Positions 27,280 through 38,032 of a stretch of DNA of 52,601 nt are shown in pieces (the stretch's first letter is position 1; every line of letters begins with the position of its first letter). Source of the DNA: a virus. Taxonomy: Duplodnaviria > Caudoviricetes. The notes beneath the pieces are model-generated. The model saw nothing but the letters and a program-made list of their open reading frames with translations, ran no database searches and had not been told where the DNA came from. A program made the position numbers and the translations under genes. The stretch spans positions 1-52,601 of the IMG/VR virus record IMGVR_UViG_3300045131_001121; one strand, 5' to 3'.

Positions 27280-29631
27280 TTATGCTGAGAAACTTGCTCC
27301 AGTTGGTAAGATGTTGAAATCTATTACGATAAATTCCGCTGTCTTAGCCGGTTGTAAGAAAATTTGTCCTGCTAATATGTTTCTATCAATTACATCAGGC
27401 GTGTTGTTACTTTCATCCATTACAACTTTAAAGGTATAAAGTCCTTGTCTTTGTTGTACTGATTCTAAGTAAGGGTTCACAGTGTTTAAGAATCTTTGTC
27501 TAGTTGTAGAAGTATTTTGTTCGAATACTAAGAAACGAGATGTTGATGCAACGAATTTTTTCAAGTTGATAAGTAATCTTCTAACATTGATTCTATCTAA
27601 AGCAGATGCCTTATCTTGCAATGTTTTCTGTCCGAATGCTACAATACCTTGTCCAGGGAATGCCGCAATTGGGTTTACTTTGTTCTCATATAGAGTATCT
27701 CTTTCAGAATGTGTTAATCTATTCAATACACTAACTGCTCCGGTAATACCACCTCTATTCAAACCAGCAGGTGCAAACCATTCAGCCGCCAATCTATCGT
27801 TTGCTGCATATACTGCAGGTAACAATGTAGAAGGTGGAACTGTAGTTAATTTGTTTGTGTTACTATCAATTGTTTTCATCCAAGGGTAGTAAGTTGCTAC
27901 ATAGTTTGAATCTACTGAATTTGCTTGCTCAGTTGCTTCAGTAATTGAATCATCATAATCATTGAAATCAGCGATATAGAAACAATCTTGTCTTTCCTCA
28001 ACCATATCAATTGCTTTAGAAGTAACGGATGGGTGAAGGCTTCTTACGATACCAGGTGTTACCACCATATTGATATCATATTCATCAGGATTAGATACTG
28101 CGTTGATTGCTTTAGTATATGCTATTGAACCATTTTGTGATGCGTTTGAACAATCAAATCCTTGTGTGTTTGAATTTCCCCAATCAGTATCACCAGCCTT
28201 AGCTTTTCTTACGGTTGGGTTAGTACCATCAAACCCATATTGAAATCCTAATACAAATTGTCTTTTAACCATATCAGTTGATGCCGAACCAGTCATTACA
28301 TATGATAATTGTGAATCAAATGCGAATACTACGTTAGCACCATTTAATGCTCCGGCAGGAATTGGTTTTAAATATTGTTTGTTATCTATTGCTTTATATG
28401 CATCTTCAAAATCAAATCCAGCAAAATATATAGGAGATGATGATGTGTTGTTTGCTGAGCCTGTTTGATAATTTACTGCAGGCACCCATGCATCTTCAGT
28501 TGTAGAATTTGTTTTAATTGGATTCACATATGCTGCGTGTCCAAATGGTGCTGCTGATATTGGGTAAGAACCTGGTCCTAAGATACTAGAATTAGCATCT
28601 AATACAACCACTCTTACATTGTTTGATTTATTTGAGTAATCACCGGTTTCAGTTAATTTTCCATTAGAATCGATTGTTAACTTTCTATCACCAATTCTTC
28701 TAGCTATATAGTTAGGAGATGCAGGGTCTAAGTTTACGTTATTATATGTTTCAACTACACTCTTTCTCTTATCAGTATCACTAAATGAACGAATGGTTAC
28801 AGTAAATGTTGAATAATCAGTTGAACCATCTTCACCAGCCGCTTTTACATTAGAAATACCAACTTTAAATTTAGTATTATATAATGTACCATGTCCTATT
28901 GTTTCGAATTTAAATAAGTTATATCTTTCACCACTAATTAATTGAGATACTACGATTGGAGTTTCTGCTTCACTAGCATCACCATACACTTGTGTTGGTA
29001 AGTTAACTTCGTATATTTGCACACCTTGTAAAGCACTATCATTTTTAAATCCTAATGATGAACTTTCAAAATACAAATATCCATAAGCTGCTTTAGCACC
29101 GAATGGAGATTCACCAAATACATCAGAAATATCATTTGTAGCTTCTTGAAAAATTGATGCTGATACACTAGCTGCTCCAGAACCAGAACTAATTAGTCCT
29201 GATATTACAAATGAACCAGATATTGATACACTGCTTGTAATATTAGTAGAAGCATTTAAAAATCCAACACCCCCATCGCCAAAATTAGTTGAATATAAAA
29301 CTCCAACTATTTTTTTGCCTTGAGAACCGGATGCTAATATACCCAAAGGTGCTGCCTGTGAGTAACCACCAATACCGGCAACTCTTACGATTGTTGCTTG
29401 TCCAGCTTCTCTTAAATAATTTTGTACTGCGTATTCGGTATAATAAGTTCCATCAGGTGTTCCGAAGATATCTTCAAATTCTGATTGCGTTCTTACGATT
29501 GTTGGAACGAATGCAGGTCCTTGTTTAAAAGGTCCTATAAATGCCGCTCCAATTTCTCCAACTCCTTGAGCTAAGAAGGATAGGTCATTTTCTCTTGTGA
29601 ATACGCCAGGTGATACGATTCTTTCTGCCAT
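27280..29631 (-). CDS. Tail sheath protein
   Basis: SPGVFTRENDLS; WFAPAGLNRG; LYENKVNPI; GQKTLQ..SALDRINVRRLL; FEQN; P.KTAEFI. Confidence 0.95.
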   Translation of the reverse strand: MAERIVSPGVFTRENDLSFLAQGVGEIGAAFIGPFKQGPAFVPTIVRTQSEFEDIFGTPDGTYYTEYAVQNYLREAGQATIVRVAGIGGYSQAAPLGILASGSQGKKIVGVLYSTNFGDGGVGFLNASTNITSSVSISGSFVISGLISSGSGAASVSASIFQEATNDISDVFGESPFGAKAAYGYLYFESSSLGFKNDSALQGVQIYEVNLPTQVYGDASEAETPIVVSQLISGERYNLFKFETIGHGTLYNTKFKVGISNVKAAGEDGSTDYSTFTVTIRSFSDTDKRKSVVETYNNVNLDPASPNYIARRIGDRKLTIDSNGKLTETGDYSNKSNNVRVVVLDANSSILGPGSYPISAAPFGHAAYVNPIKTNSTTEDAWVPAVNYQTGSANNTSSSPIYFAGFDFEDAYKAIDNKQYLKPIPAGALNGANVVFAFDSQLSYVMTGSASTDMVKRQFVLGFQYGFDGTNPTVRKAKAGDTDWGNSNTQGFDCSNASQNGSIAYTKAINAVSNPDEYDINMVVTPGIVRSLHPSVTSKAIDMVEERQDCFYIADFNDYDDSITEATEQANSVDSNYVATYYPWMKTIDSNTNKLTTVPPSTLLPAVYAANDRLAAEWFAPAGLNRGGITGAVSVLNRLTHSERDTLYENKVNPIAAFPGQGIVAFGQKTLQDKASALDRINVRRLLINLKKFVASTSRFLVFEQNTSTTRQRFLNTVNPYLESVQQRQGLYTFKVVMDESNNTPDVIDRNILAGQIFLQPAKTAEFIVIDFNILPTGASFSA

Positions 29632-29773
29632 TTTATTTCTTCGATTTGTATTTTAAGTTTGTATTAGTAATAACTTACAGTAATACTCATATAAATATAA
29701 ACAAAATATTCAAAACACAAATTAATTATTAAGAATCGATATTACAATCTACAATTATATTTTTGTATTTTGT

Positions 29774-30175
29774 TTAAACAGGAGCTGCTTCAGCCACATA
29801 TGGAGTTGTACTACCAGATGTTGGTGACCACGGTAGGTCTATTTCAGAAACGTCTATATTAACCCATTTTTTACCATTTATTTCTCTTTGAATTACCCCA
29901 TTGATATGTTCCATATAGTTAGTTGATGCATTAGAACCACTTACGTGATTTTTAATCCAACTAAGAACTTGTGTTTCTGTTAATTCATTGTATGCTGTAA
30001 AACTACCTGTGTTTATTGTATCAATACTAAATGGTGTTGCACCGGTAAAAGTTCCTTCGTTACCATCTTCGTCTGTAGCTATTAGTTTCCAATGTGTACC
30101 AATAACGGCATCATTAATGTTTTCACTATTTTGCTTCTTAAGTCCTGTTAATTTCCATTCGTATGTAAATCCCAT
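29774..30175 (-). CDS. Hypothetical fibre-associated protein
   Basis: 133-aa ORF directly after the fibre gene, with a TATTTATA motif upstream. Confidence 0.65.
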   Translation of the reverse strand: MGFTYEWKLTGLKKQNSENINDAVIGTHWKLIATDEDGNEGTFTGATPFSIDTINTGSFTAYNELTETQVLSWIKNHVSGSNASTNYMEHINGVIQREINGKKWVNIDVSEIDLPWSPTSGSTTPYVAEAAPV

Positions 30176-30223
30176 AATATTTGTGTTTTATATTGTATAA
30201 ATATATTGTTTTTTTAAAAATAG

Positions 30224-33200
30224 TTATTTGTTGCCAATGAGTATTTTTAGCATTTCTTTAATTTCCGTTATATCATCTCTTTGTTTGTCGATGATTGTTT
30301 GTTGTTCCTTAATAGCCTCTACTAAAAGTGGAACTAATTTATCATAATCAATTGTTAGATAGTTTTCACCACTCTTAGAACCTTTTATTTCTTTGGTATC
30401 CGCATCTATATCCATATCAAATGGTGCTAAATGTACGATTTCAGGTAATACCTTTTGAACTTCTTGGGCTGATAAACCTAATTGTACTTTAGTATCGGTA
30501 TATCCTACCGAATGTGCTAACTCATTATTTACATAGTAGAATCCACTTAATTGGGATACTTTTTCTAATGCATTTTCAATGTTACCAACTTTTGTTTTTA
30601 ATCTTTCATCGGAATAGTATGCTATAATATTTCCTTGTGCAAATATCCAATCATAACAATATATGTTGTTATTGATAATATAGTTAAATCTAGATGTAGA
30701 ATTAAAATCACCATAGTATCCAGTATTGTGGTCATAGAAAATTGGAGAACGAATATCGTTGTTTACATATACACCATAAGGTTGCATTGACATTCTTTCT
30801 GAAGATGCATAATATAAGTAAAGTACTGCTCCACTCATATACCATATCCATCCTCTAGCACTATCATGCACACCACAGTTATCACCCATAGTACTCATAA
30901 AGGTATAACGAGAACCTATACCCCAACCTTGCCATCCGTTTCTACCACCATCATAAGTTGTATAGTTACCATAAGGATTTCCACCACATTCAGCTGCCCA
31001 TATACCTCTACCATATGATTGGTTATACAATCCAGTACAACCATAGTTTCTCCACCATCCATAGTTGTAACCCTGGTCTAATAGTATTTCATTCATACGA
31101 GATGTACCATTACCATCCCAATAGTATCCCGTATTATTATAATCATATATGAATGTGGTTCTTTGCTCATAGGTATATGTTCTATTTCCAGAATAGTGGT
31201 TGATATAAGTTTCATATCCATTTTCACAATCTAAGTGTAAGTTACCATTTGTAGTTACAACAGATGCATTACCATCAATTCTACCATTAGTACCAACTCT
31301 TAAATATTTACCCCAACTCCAGTTAGGTCCATGTAATGTACCACCTCTAATTCTTAATCCCTGATTATCAGTATTATGTGGGTCTAAATAGTATCCAGTA
31401 TCATTTGCATCGTAAAATACACCCGCATATAAACCACCACCACTACCATCATTACGGTCATGCATTGCAACAGTACACCAACCGCTGGCACCTGGCCAAG
31501 AGTTTCTAAACCTTAAGTTACTTATCGGACCACCAACTAACTGCCAACCATACATACTATTGTATGCATTAGTGTAGTGAGAAGTTTGAACACCTACCCA
31601 ATGCGAAGTACCAGATGGTTGGTTCGAAGGGTTTGACCATGTATCAATAAATCCGGAACCCCATGTCATTACTTCATTGAAGTCTCTCGTACCCCAACCC
31701 ATAGTACCTACCCAATAGTTACTATCACCCGTAATATCTGGTCTTTTCCAATTGGTTTTAGCGGTTAATCCAATTTGGGCTTTACCTCTAGTTGTTAATC
31801 CTTGCCAGTTAGTTTCACTATTAAAGTCACCATAATATCCAGTATCGTGGTCATAGTATATTGGTGACATCATTGAACTTCTTGCCCAAATTCTAGAAGA
31901 AATCGCTGCGAATGTAGTACCATAGTTTTGTATTAACATACCGTGGTCATTCAAATATGATGCCTGTCCTCCGGCATTTGGATGTGACCATGCTATTCCG
32001 TAGTGGTTGTTAGTAGCTGCACCATCAATTGATAATTTATATGCATTACCCATTGCGAATACACCCTGATATCTAGTTGATGTATAAACACCTACAACAG
32101 ATTGTCCGTAGTTGTTATCTAAGTAAAGGTTTTCATTTCCATCAATACGAATACCACCATTTGCTACTACATATGATAATCTAGCAGTTCCATTAGGGTC
32201 ACAATAATATCCAGTATTATTTGAATCATAGAATATTGGTGCTCTTAATGAGTTACCACCCGAAGCGTAGTTATTGAAATATACCGTATTATTTGGATAT
32301 AATTCCATATTAGTAACTCTAGTACCGGATGTGTTTGTATTATAAAAATACCAACTACCATCGGTACTAAATCTCATATATGCCTGTCCAAATGATGTGT
32401 TTGGTCTACTAAAGTAGTAAGGACCTGAACCATCGTGATATGTATTATCCACATTGTATCCAAATCCAGCCCAAGACCATGTGTTACCTGGTTCAGAACA
32501 CCAAGATTGTAAATGAACTACACCTTGTCCTGCTCCATTATTGGATGCCAATAATCTAAGTCTCATTGTAGAATCACCATGACCTCCACTCATTCTTAAT
32601 CCACCATATAATTCGGTAAATGATGCTGGGTCAATATAATATCCTGTATTTTGTGCATCATACATTATATTAGCTTGGAAACTTTGAGCCCAAGCAGTAC
32701 TTCCATTATCCCATCTTAAGTTCCACCCTACTTGAGATGTAGTACCACCATAGCCCAATCTCCAGTCATTTGCCGAATAGTTCCACATTAATCCCCAATA
32801 GGTAGATGCATTATTCATTGCAAACCCACCAGCATTATTATATCCTTGTGCTACAAATGAATTTCCATAATTTACATTATGGGTATTTGATGTTATTACG
32901 TTTTGGTTAGATGTTCCAGCTGGGTCAGAGTAATATGCTGTATTATCTCTATCATAGAATCTATAAGAATATAAATTACTACTATTAGTTATATCTCCAG
33001 TAAAATATGCACCTTCACTAGCAAATGAAATTCTATGATAAGTTGAACCATTATTTTTTAATACTAAATGATGTCCATATCCACTTCCATATGAATAACC
33101 AAGACCATACATATTTCCTATTGGCCAAGATTCGCCAATTGTCCAAATTACTTTTTCAGCAGTACCAGTAGAATTATAACTACCCATAATACCACCATCA

Positions 33201-36200
33201 CCACGAGCTACCAAATAGTTTGAAAACCAAAGTCTACCATTTTGCTCCGTTTGATTAAAGTTGTTTGTTCCTGCAAAATCGCCATAGTATCCAGTATTAT
33301 CATTATCTCTAAATAATGGTGCTCTGAAATCAGCTGATGCAAATGCAATACCACTTTCATCTACGGAGAATAATTCGTTTGATGATTTTATTGCGTTATT
33401 ACCAACTATGAATTTTTGTGCGGTTTCGTTATTGTTTGAATCTATACTTACACGAACTGCACCAGCTCCTGCTAAATATAATACGTTACCAGATGAATTA
33501 CTTTGATGAAGAATTACATCATATGTATTATCTCTGTATAAACCAGCGTTTACATCGGATAAATAAAATGCTCCACCATTTCCACCAGAGTTTGCAATTA
33601 CTTGGTTAAATACCACATTATCACTTGTACGAACATACTGATTCATATTGTAAGCGTAAATTTGGTCAACACTATTTAATAGTTGTCTCCAATCACTCCA
33701 TGTTGATGCACCAGTTCCAATTCGTGTCCATAATCTATGATTTGCCGTATATGCAATTTGTATTGGAGCTCCTCCACTTAAATCGGTACTACCACCATAA
33801 CTTCTCCAAAACATTTGTCCGTTGTACGAACCACCATCACTTAATCCGTTTGTACTATTTGTCTTAAAATCAAAATAAACTCCAGCATTTTTACTTGATG
33901 GTGTATCATTTGTATTACGAGTATCGTTTGAATCAACAGCTTCAGCTCTATCAGCAGTACCGGTTAAGTTTGAAGTTACGTTTGCAAAAGTTACTGAATC
34001 GGTTGTTCTAAGATTTTGATTCATTAGGTGAACTTCCGTAGCTCCTTGTCCGGTATCAACCGTAGAGAATGTAACCGCATCCGTAGTTCTTACGTTTTGG
34101 TTCATTAAGTGAACTTCAGTTACTCCTTGTCCCGTATCCACAGTTGCAAATGTAACAGCATCAGTTGTACGAACATTCTGATTCATCGCATATAATTCAT
34201 TTGCACCTTGTCCAGTATCAACCGTAGAGAATGTTACCGCATCAGTTGTACGAACATTCTGATTCATTGAGTACAATTCGTTATTTCCCTGTCCCGTATT
34301 TACAGTTGCAAATGTTGGAGAATCCGTTGTACGAACATTTTGGTCCATTGCGTACAATTCATTTGCACCTTGTCCCGTATTTACAGTTGCGAATGTTGGA
34401 GAATCGACTGTTCTAACGTTTTGGTCCATTAAATAAAGTTCAGTAGCACCTAGTCCGGTATTAAGTGTACCACTAAGAACTACATTACCTGCTACATAAA
34501 GACCATCTTCTGCATACCATCTATCATTTGCTTCTTCCCAATAAAATGCTTTTGTTGCTGCATTACCTCTCTTAACTTCTATACCAGCATTTTCAGTTGG
34601 TGTAGTTGATGCTCCAATATCTGCGTTAAGTGTAATAAGATTATCACCTACGTTAAGAGTTGTTGTATTAATATATGTTGTAGTACCACTTACAGTAAGG
34701 TCACCACTAATTGTAGCGTTACCAGTTACCGTTAATGTAGTACCATCAAATTTTAAATTTGCTTCAACGGTTGCGTTTGGTGCAGTTCCGTTTAATGTGA
34801 TTACACCATTATCAGTTGTACCGGTTAATGATAATAATCCAGAAGTACCTGATGAACCAGATGTTCCTGAAGTTCCTGATGTACCACTACTACCGGAAGT
34901 TCCTGAAGTACCAGATGTTCCTGATGTTCCTCTACTACCAGAAGTACCTGAAGTACCAGAAGTACCTGAAGTACCAGATGTACCAGATGAACCACTTACT
35001 CCGGATGTTCCCGAAGTTCCCGATGTTCCAGAAGTTCCACTACTACCAGAAGTACCTGAAGTACCAGATGTACCAGATGAACCACTTACTCCGGATGTTC
35101 CCGAAGTTCCCGATGTTCCGGAAGAACCACTTGCTCCAGAAGTTCCTGATGTTCCGGATGTTCCTGAAGTACCAGAAGTTCCCGAAGAACCACTCGCACC
35201 TGAAGTACCAGAAGTTCCTGATGTGCCACTAGTTCCTGAACTACCAGCCGAACCACTTATACCAGAAGTTCCTGATGTACCTGAAATTCCGCTTGTTCCT
35301 GAACTTCCATTTATACCAGATGTACCAGAGCTTCCATTTATACCAGATGTACCAGAACTTCCATTTATACCAGATGTACCAGAAGTACCAGAAGTTCCCG
35401 ATGAACCTTGCACTCCACTTATTCCTGAAGTTCCGCTTGTTCCTGAAGTTCCCGATGTACCAGATGTACCAGATGTACCCGAAGTTCCGGATGTACCATT
35501 TGAGCCGGATGAACCTTGTGCACCACTTGTTCCAGATGTTCCTGAAGTACCGGAAGTTGCAGATGTACCAGAAGTTCCTGATGTACCAGAAGTTCCTGAA
35601 GTTCCGGATGAACCACTTCCTCCGCCGGCTCCACTTACACCAGAAGTACCAGATGTACCAGAAGTACCAGATGTACCATTAATACCTGATGTACCAGAAG
35701 TTCCCGATGAACCTCCACTACCCGCAGTACCAGTACCTCCACCAGCTCCTGTTAGACCACTAGTACCGGATGTGCCTGAAGTTCCACTGGTTCCCGAAGT
35801 TCCCGATGAACCTCCACTTCCACCGGTACCACTAATTCCTGAACTTCCTGCAGTTCCGGTTGAACCAGATGTTCCCGATGTACCAGAACTTCCTTGTGAA
35901 CCAGATGTACCCGAAGTACCACTACTTCCATCTGAACCTGAAGTTCCACTTGTTCCGGAAGTTCCCGATGTACCAGAAGTTCCTTCCGAACCAGTACTTC
36001 CGGATGTTCCGGATGTACCAGATGTTCCCGAAGTTCCTCCTGAACCAGATGTCCCATCAGTTCCACTTGTTCCCGAAGTTCCAGAAGTTCCAGAAGTTCC
36101 TCCACTACCAGATGTTCCTGAAGTTCCTGAAGTTCCGGATGTGCCACTAGTTCCTGATGTACCAGATGTACCACTAGTTCCACTACTTCCTCCACTACCA

Positions 36201-36913
36201 GATGTTCCTGAAGTTCCTGAAGTACCCGATGTACCAGAAGTACCTGATGTACCAGAAGTTCCTTCCGAACCAGTTGTACCAGATGTTCCGGATGTTCCTG
36301 ATGTACCAGAAGTTGCTGCTGCTGTTTTTATACCAATTTTACCTGTTGAAGAATTATAAACCAATACCTCATCAGTTGTTATATCCGATTTTAGTGAACC
36401 AATTCCAAATGATAATGAACCTGTGATGCCAACACTTCCAGTAAATTCTTGCTTATCGTTTTGTGCATCACCAAATTTATTACTTCCACTTGCGTAGATT
36501 ATTGATGATGATATATAAATTACTTTTAATTCAGTTGCGTTTATTGTACCTGCTACTGTTAAATCAGTATTAACTACTAACCCTTTATTTGGAGAAATTA
36601 TTGCGGTTGCCGAACCTGATTTTAATCTATCTAAATCACCAATTGCCGCTGCATTAATGTTAAACAAACCGCCGCCATCACCAATAAAAAATGAAGAAGT
36701 AATTGAACCACTAATTTTTACATTAGAATTTATTTGAATCGAATTTGTTGGTGACCCAATTAAAGATGTTTGTATTCCAGAAGCGGAAAAATTTGCACCC
36801 ACATCTATTGAATGAGATGAAAAATTAGCTACACTACTTCCACTTACAAATAAAGAAATTTTATCTTTAGTTTGTTGATTTAAACCGTTTGGGTTACCAC
36901 CTAAATATTCCAT
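30224..36913 (-). CDS. 2229-aa tail fibre with (SGT)n tract, 27-aa repeats, modular distal region and C-terminal intramolecular chaperone (peptidase S74)
   Basis: YYSDERLKTKVGNIENALEKV...GLSAQEVQKVLPE...YDKLVPLLVEAIKEQ followed by a coiled coil. Confidence 0.85.
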   Translation of the reverse strand: MEYLGGNPNGLNQQTKDKISLFVSGSSVANFSSHSIDVGANFSASGIQTSLIGSPTNSIQINSNVKISGSITSSFFIGDGGGLFNINAAAIGDLDRLKSGSATAIISPNKGLVVNTDLTVAGTINATELKVIYISSSIIYASGSNKFGDAQNDKQEFTGSVGITGSLSFGIGSLKSDITTDEVLVYNSSTGKIGIKTAAATSGTSGTSGTSGTTGSEGTSGTSGTSGTSGTSGTSGTSGSGGSSGTSGTSGTSGTSGTSGTSGTSGTSGSGGTSGTSGTSGTSGTDGTSGSGGTSGTSGTSGTSGSTGSEGTSGTSGTSGTSGTSGSDGSSGTSGTSGSQGSSGTSGTSGSTGTAGSSGISGTGGSGGSSGTSGTSGTSGTSGTSGLTGAGGGTGTAGSGGSSGTSGTSGINGTSGTSGTSGTSGVSGAGGGSGSSGTSGTSGTSGTSGTSATSGTSGTSGTSGAQGSSGSNGTSGTSGTSGTSGTSGTSGTSGTSGISGVQGSSGTSGTSGTSGINGSSGTSGINGSSGTSGINGSSGTSGISGTSGTSGISGSAGSSGTSGTSGTSGTSGASGSSGTSGTSGTSGTSGTSGASGSSGTSGTSGTSGVSGSSGTSGTSGTSGSSGTSGTSGTSGTSGVSGSSGTSGTSGTSGTSGTSGSRGTSGTSGTSGTSGSSGTSGTSGTSGSSGTSGLLSLTGTTDNGVITLNGTAPNATVEANLKFDGTTLTVTGNATISGDLTVSGTTTYINTTTLNVGDNLITLNADIGASTTPTENAGIEVKRGNAATKAFYWEEANDRWYAEDGLYVAGNVVLSGTLNTGLGATELYLMDQNVRTVDSPTFATVNTGQGANELYAMDQNVRTTDSPTFATVNTGQGNNELYSMNQNVRTTDAVTFSTVDTGQGANELYAMNQNVRTTDAVTFATVDTGQGVTEVHLMNQNVRTTDAVTFSTVDTGQGATEVHLMNQNLRTTDSVTFANVTSNLTGTADRAEAVDSNDTRNTNDTPSSKNAGVYFDFKTNSTNGLSDGGSYNGQMFWRSYGGSTDLSGGAPIQIAYTANHRLWTRIGTGASTWSDWRQLLNSVDQIYAYNMNQYVRTSDNVVFNQVIANSGGNGGAFYLSDVNAGLYRDNTYDVILHQSNSSGNVLYLAGAGAVRVSIDSNNNETAQKFIVGNNAIKSSNELFSVDESGIAFASADFRAPLFRDNDNTGYYGDFAGTNNFNQTEQNGRLWFSNYLVARGDGGIMGSYNSTGTAEKVIWTIGESWPIGNMYGLGYSYGSGYGHHLVLKNNGSTYHRISFASEGAYFTGDITNSSNLYSYRFYDRDNTAYYSDPAGTSNQNVITSNTHNVNYGNSFVAQGYNNAGGFAMNNASTYWGLMWNYSANDWRLGYGGTTSQVGWNLRWDNGSTAWAQSFQANIMYDAQNTGYYIDPASFTELYGGLRMSGGHGDSTMRLRLLASNNGAGQGVVHLQSWCSEPGNTWSWAGFGYNVDNTYHDGSGPYYFSRPNTSFGQAYMRFSTDGSWYFYNTNTSGTRVTNMELYPNNTVYFNNYASGGNSLRAPIFYDSNNTGYYCDPNGTARLSYVVANGGIRIDGNENLYLDNNYGQSVVGVYTSTRYQGVFAMGNAYKLSIDGAATNNHYGIAWSHPNAGGQASYLNDHGMLIQNYGTTFAAISSRIWARSSMMSPIYYDHDTGYYGDFNSETNWQGLTTRGKAQIGLTAKTNWKRPDITGDSNYWVGTMGWGTRDFNEVMTWGSGFIDTWSNPSNQPSGTSHWVGVQTSHYTNAYNSMYGWQLVGGPISNLRFRNSWPGASGWCTVAMHDRNDGSGGGLYAGVFYDANDTGYYLDPHNTDNQGLRIRGGTLHGPNWSWGKYLRVGTNGRIDGNASVVTTNGNLHLDCENGYETYINHYSGNRTYTYEQRTTFIYDYNNTGYYWDGNGTSRMNEILLDQGYNYGWWRNYGCTGLYNQSYGRGIWAAECGGNPYGNYTTYDGGRNGWQGWGIGSRYTFMSTMGDNCGVHDSARGWIWYMSGAVLYLYYASSERMSMQPYGVYVNNDIRSPIFYDHNTGYYGDFNSTSRFNYIINNNIYCYDWIFAQGNIIAYYSDERLKTKVGNIENALEKVSQLSGFYYVNNELAHSVGYTDTKVQLGLSAQEVQKVLPEIVHLAPFDMDIDADTKEIKGSKSGENYLTIDYDKLVPLLVEAIKEQQTIIDKQRDDITEIKEMLKILIGNK
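33985..34465 (-). repeat. Six tandem 81-bp (27-aa) repeats
   Basis: M(D/N)QNVRTTD(S/A)(P/V)TF(A/S)TV(N/D)TGQG..E(L/V)(Y/H). x6. Confidence 0.9.
34840..36315 (-). repeat. (Ser-Gly-Thr)n 9-bp-period tract, ~490 aa
   Basis: SGTSGT... with Gly at every third residue and mixed synonymous codons. Confidence 0.95.
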
Positions 36914-36925
36914 TAATTACAACTT

Positions 36926-37258
36926 TTATGTTATTTCCAATACCGAAACAATTACATCTGCTGAATTGGCTAACGATGATGTTACTGATAGAAAATCTCC
37001 ACTTTCCAAAACTAACTTTTGCTCACCTCCAACCAATACATTAGTACTACCGGGTATAATTAAAGAATCTTTTACAACGTAAACACATTTATTAGCCGAT
37101 GTATCTCTAACCATCACACTAACTGATATATTATTTGTGCTTACATTTGCTACACCAACCCCAATTACAGTTGTTGAAGTTGCTGCAGGTGTTTCATATA
37201 TTTTCACACCTACTGTTCCAATTGAACCCGCTATACTATTTTTAAATGCGTTTGCCAT
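36926..37258 (-). CDS. Small virion adaptor-like protein
   Basis: 110 aa, beta-rich; IYETPA...KLVLE...VSVLE; paralogous to both ends of 49511..50428. Confidence 0.7.
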   Translation of the reverse strand: MANAFKNSIAGSIGTVGVKIYETPAATSTTVIGVGVANVSTNNISVSVMVRDTSANKCVYVVKDSLIIPGSTNVLVGGEQKLVLESGDFLSVTSSLANSADVIVSVLEIT

Positions 37259-37271
37259 TTCTTTTTATTTT

Positions 37272-37538
37272 TTATCCTAATGCTATTGCAAATGCAATAG
37301 ATGAATCTAATACATCAACTCCGTCTACTAAATATCCACCATCCGTTAAATTCATTGAACCAGTCATTGTTATAGAACCACTTACTGCTAAACTATTACC
37401 TACAATAAGGTTAGTAAATGTTGCTTGTTGAACATCGATAGTTCCTTTAAAAGAACCGGTAAATGAACCACTTAAATTTGCGTAAGCAGATAATGCCTGT
37501 GTAATTGAACCCGAAAATATTGGACTATGTATAATCAT
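37272..37538 (-). CDS. Short fibre-like protein ending IAFAIALG
   Basis: 88 aa with SGSFTGSF motifs shared with the large fibres. Confidence 0.7.
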   Translation of the reverse strand: MIIHSPIFSGSITQALSAYANLSGSFTGSFKGTIDVQQATFTNLIVGNSLAVSGSITMTGSMNLTDGGYLVDGVDVLDSSIAFAIALG

Positions 37539-37587
37539 CTATATCTATATGCTTTTTGTTATAGGTATAAATATAAATATTTTCCTT

Positions 37588-38031
37588 TTAAGGTTTAGTA
37601 GGCCATACTATATTAAATGGACTAGTTTGTGAAGTAATATTTCGCAATGATTGTCTATATTCTGTCCACTCTGTTTTTGTTTCAGTTGGGATATCGGATA
37701 ACTGAGTCCAATCACAATCAGATAATAACTGATTTCTAATTTCTCTTATTTCAAACCATTTATTTTCAATTCTCTCATTTTGTTCGGAAATTGATGCATC
37801 AGTTTGTACCCAATTTTGATAATAAGCACTATCCACTAGTGTTGGTGTCCCTTCGGTAATATTTTTTGTGTAATCATTTGGTTTTGGAGTTTGCACAACT
37901 TCGTATAAATCAAATTGCGTCATAGTTTCTTCTCCAATTTCATTTGGAAATGTAATATTTCTGTGTGCAGCTTTTAAATCCTTAATTGTATAAGGATAAC
38001 TGATTTCATTATTTATAATTCGTAAATACAT
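37588..38031 (-). CDS. Tail fibre assembly chaperone-like protein
   Basis: REIRNQLLSDCDWTQLSD...WTEYRQSLRNIT...WPTKP. Confidence 0.8.
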   Translation of the reverse strand: MYLRIINNEISYPYTIKDLKAAHRNITFPNEIGEETMTQFDLYEVVQTPKPNDYTKNITEGTPTLVDSAYYQNWVQTDASISEQNERIENKWFEIREIRNQLLSDCDWTQLSDIPTETKTEWTEYRQSLRNITSQTSPFNIVWPTKP

Positions 38032-38032
38032 A

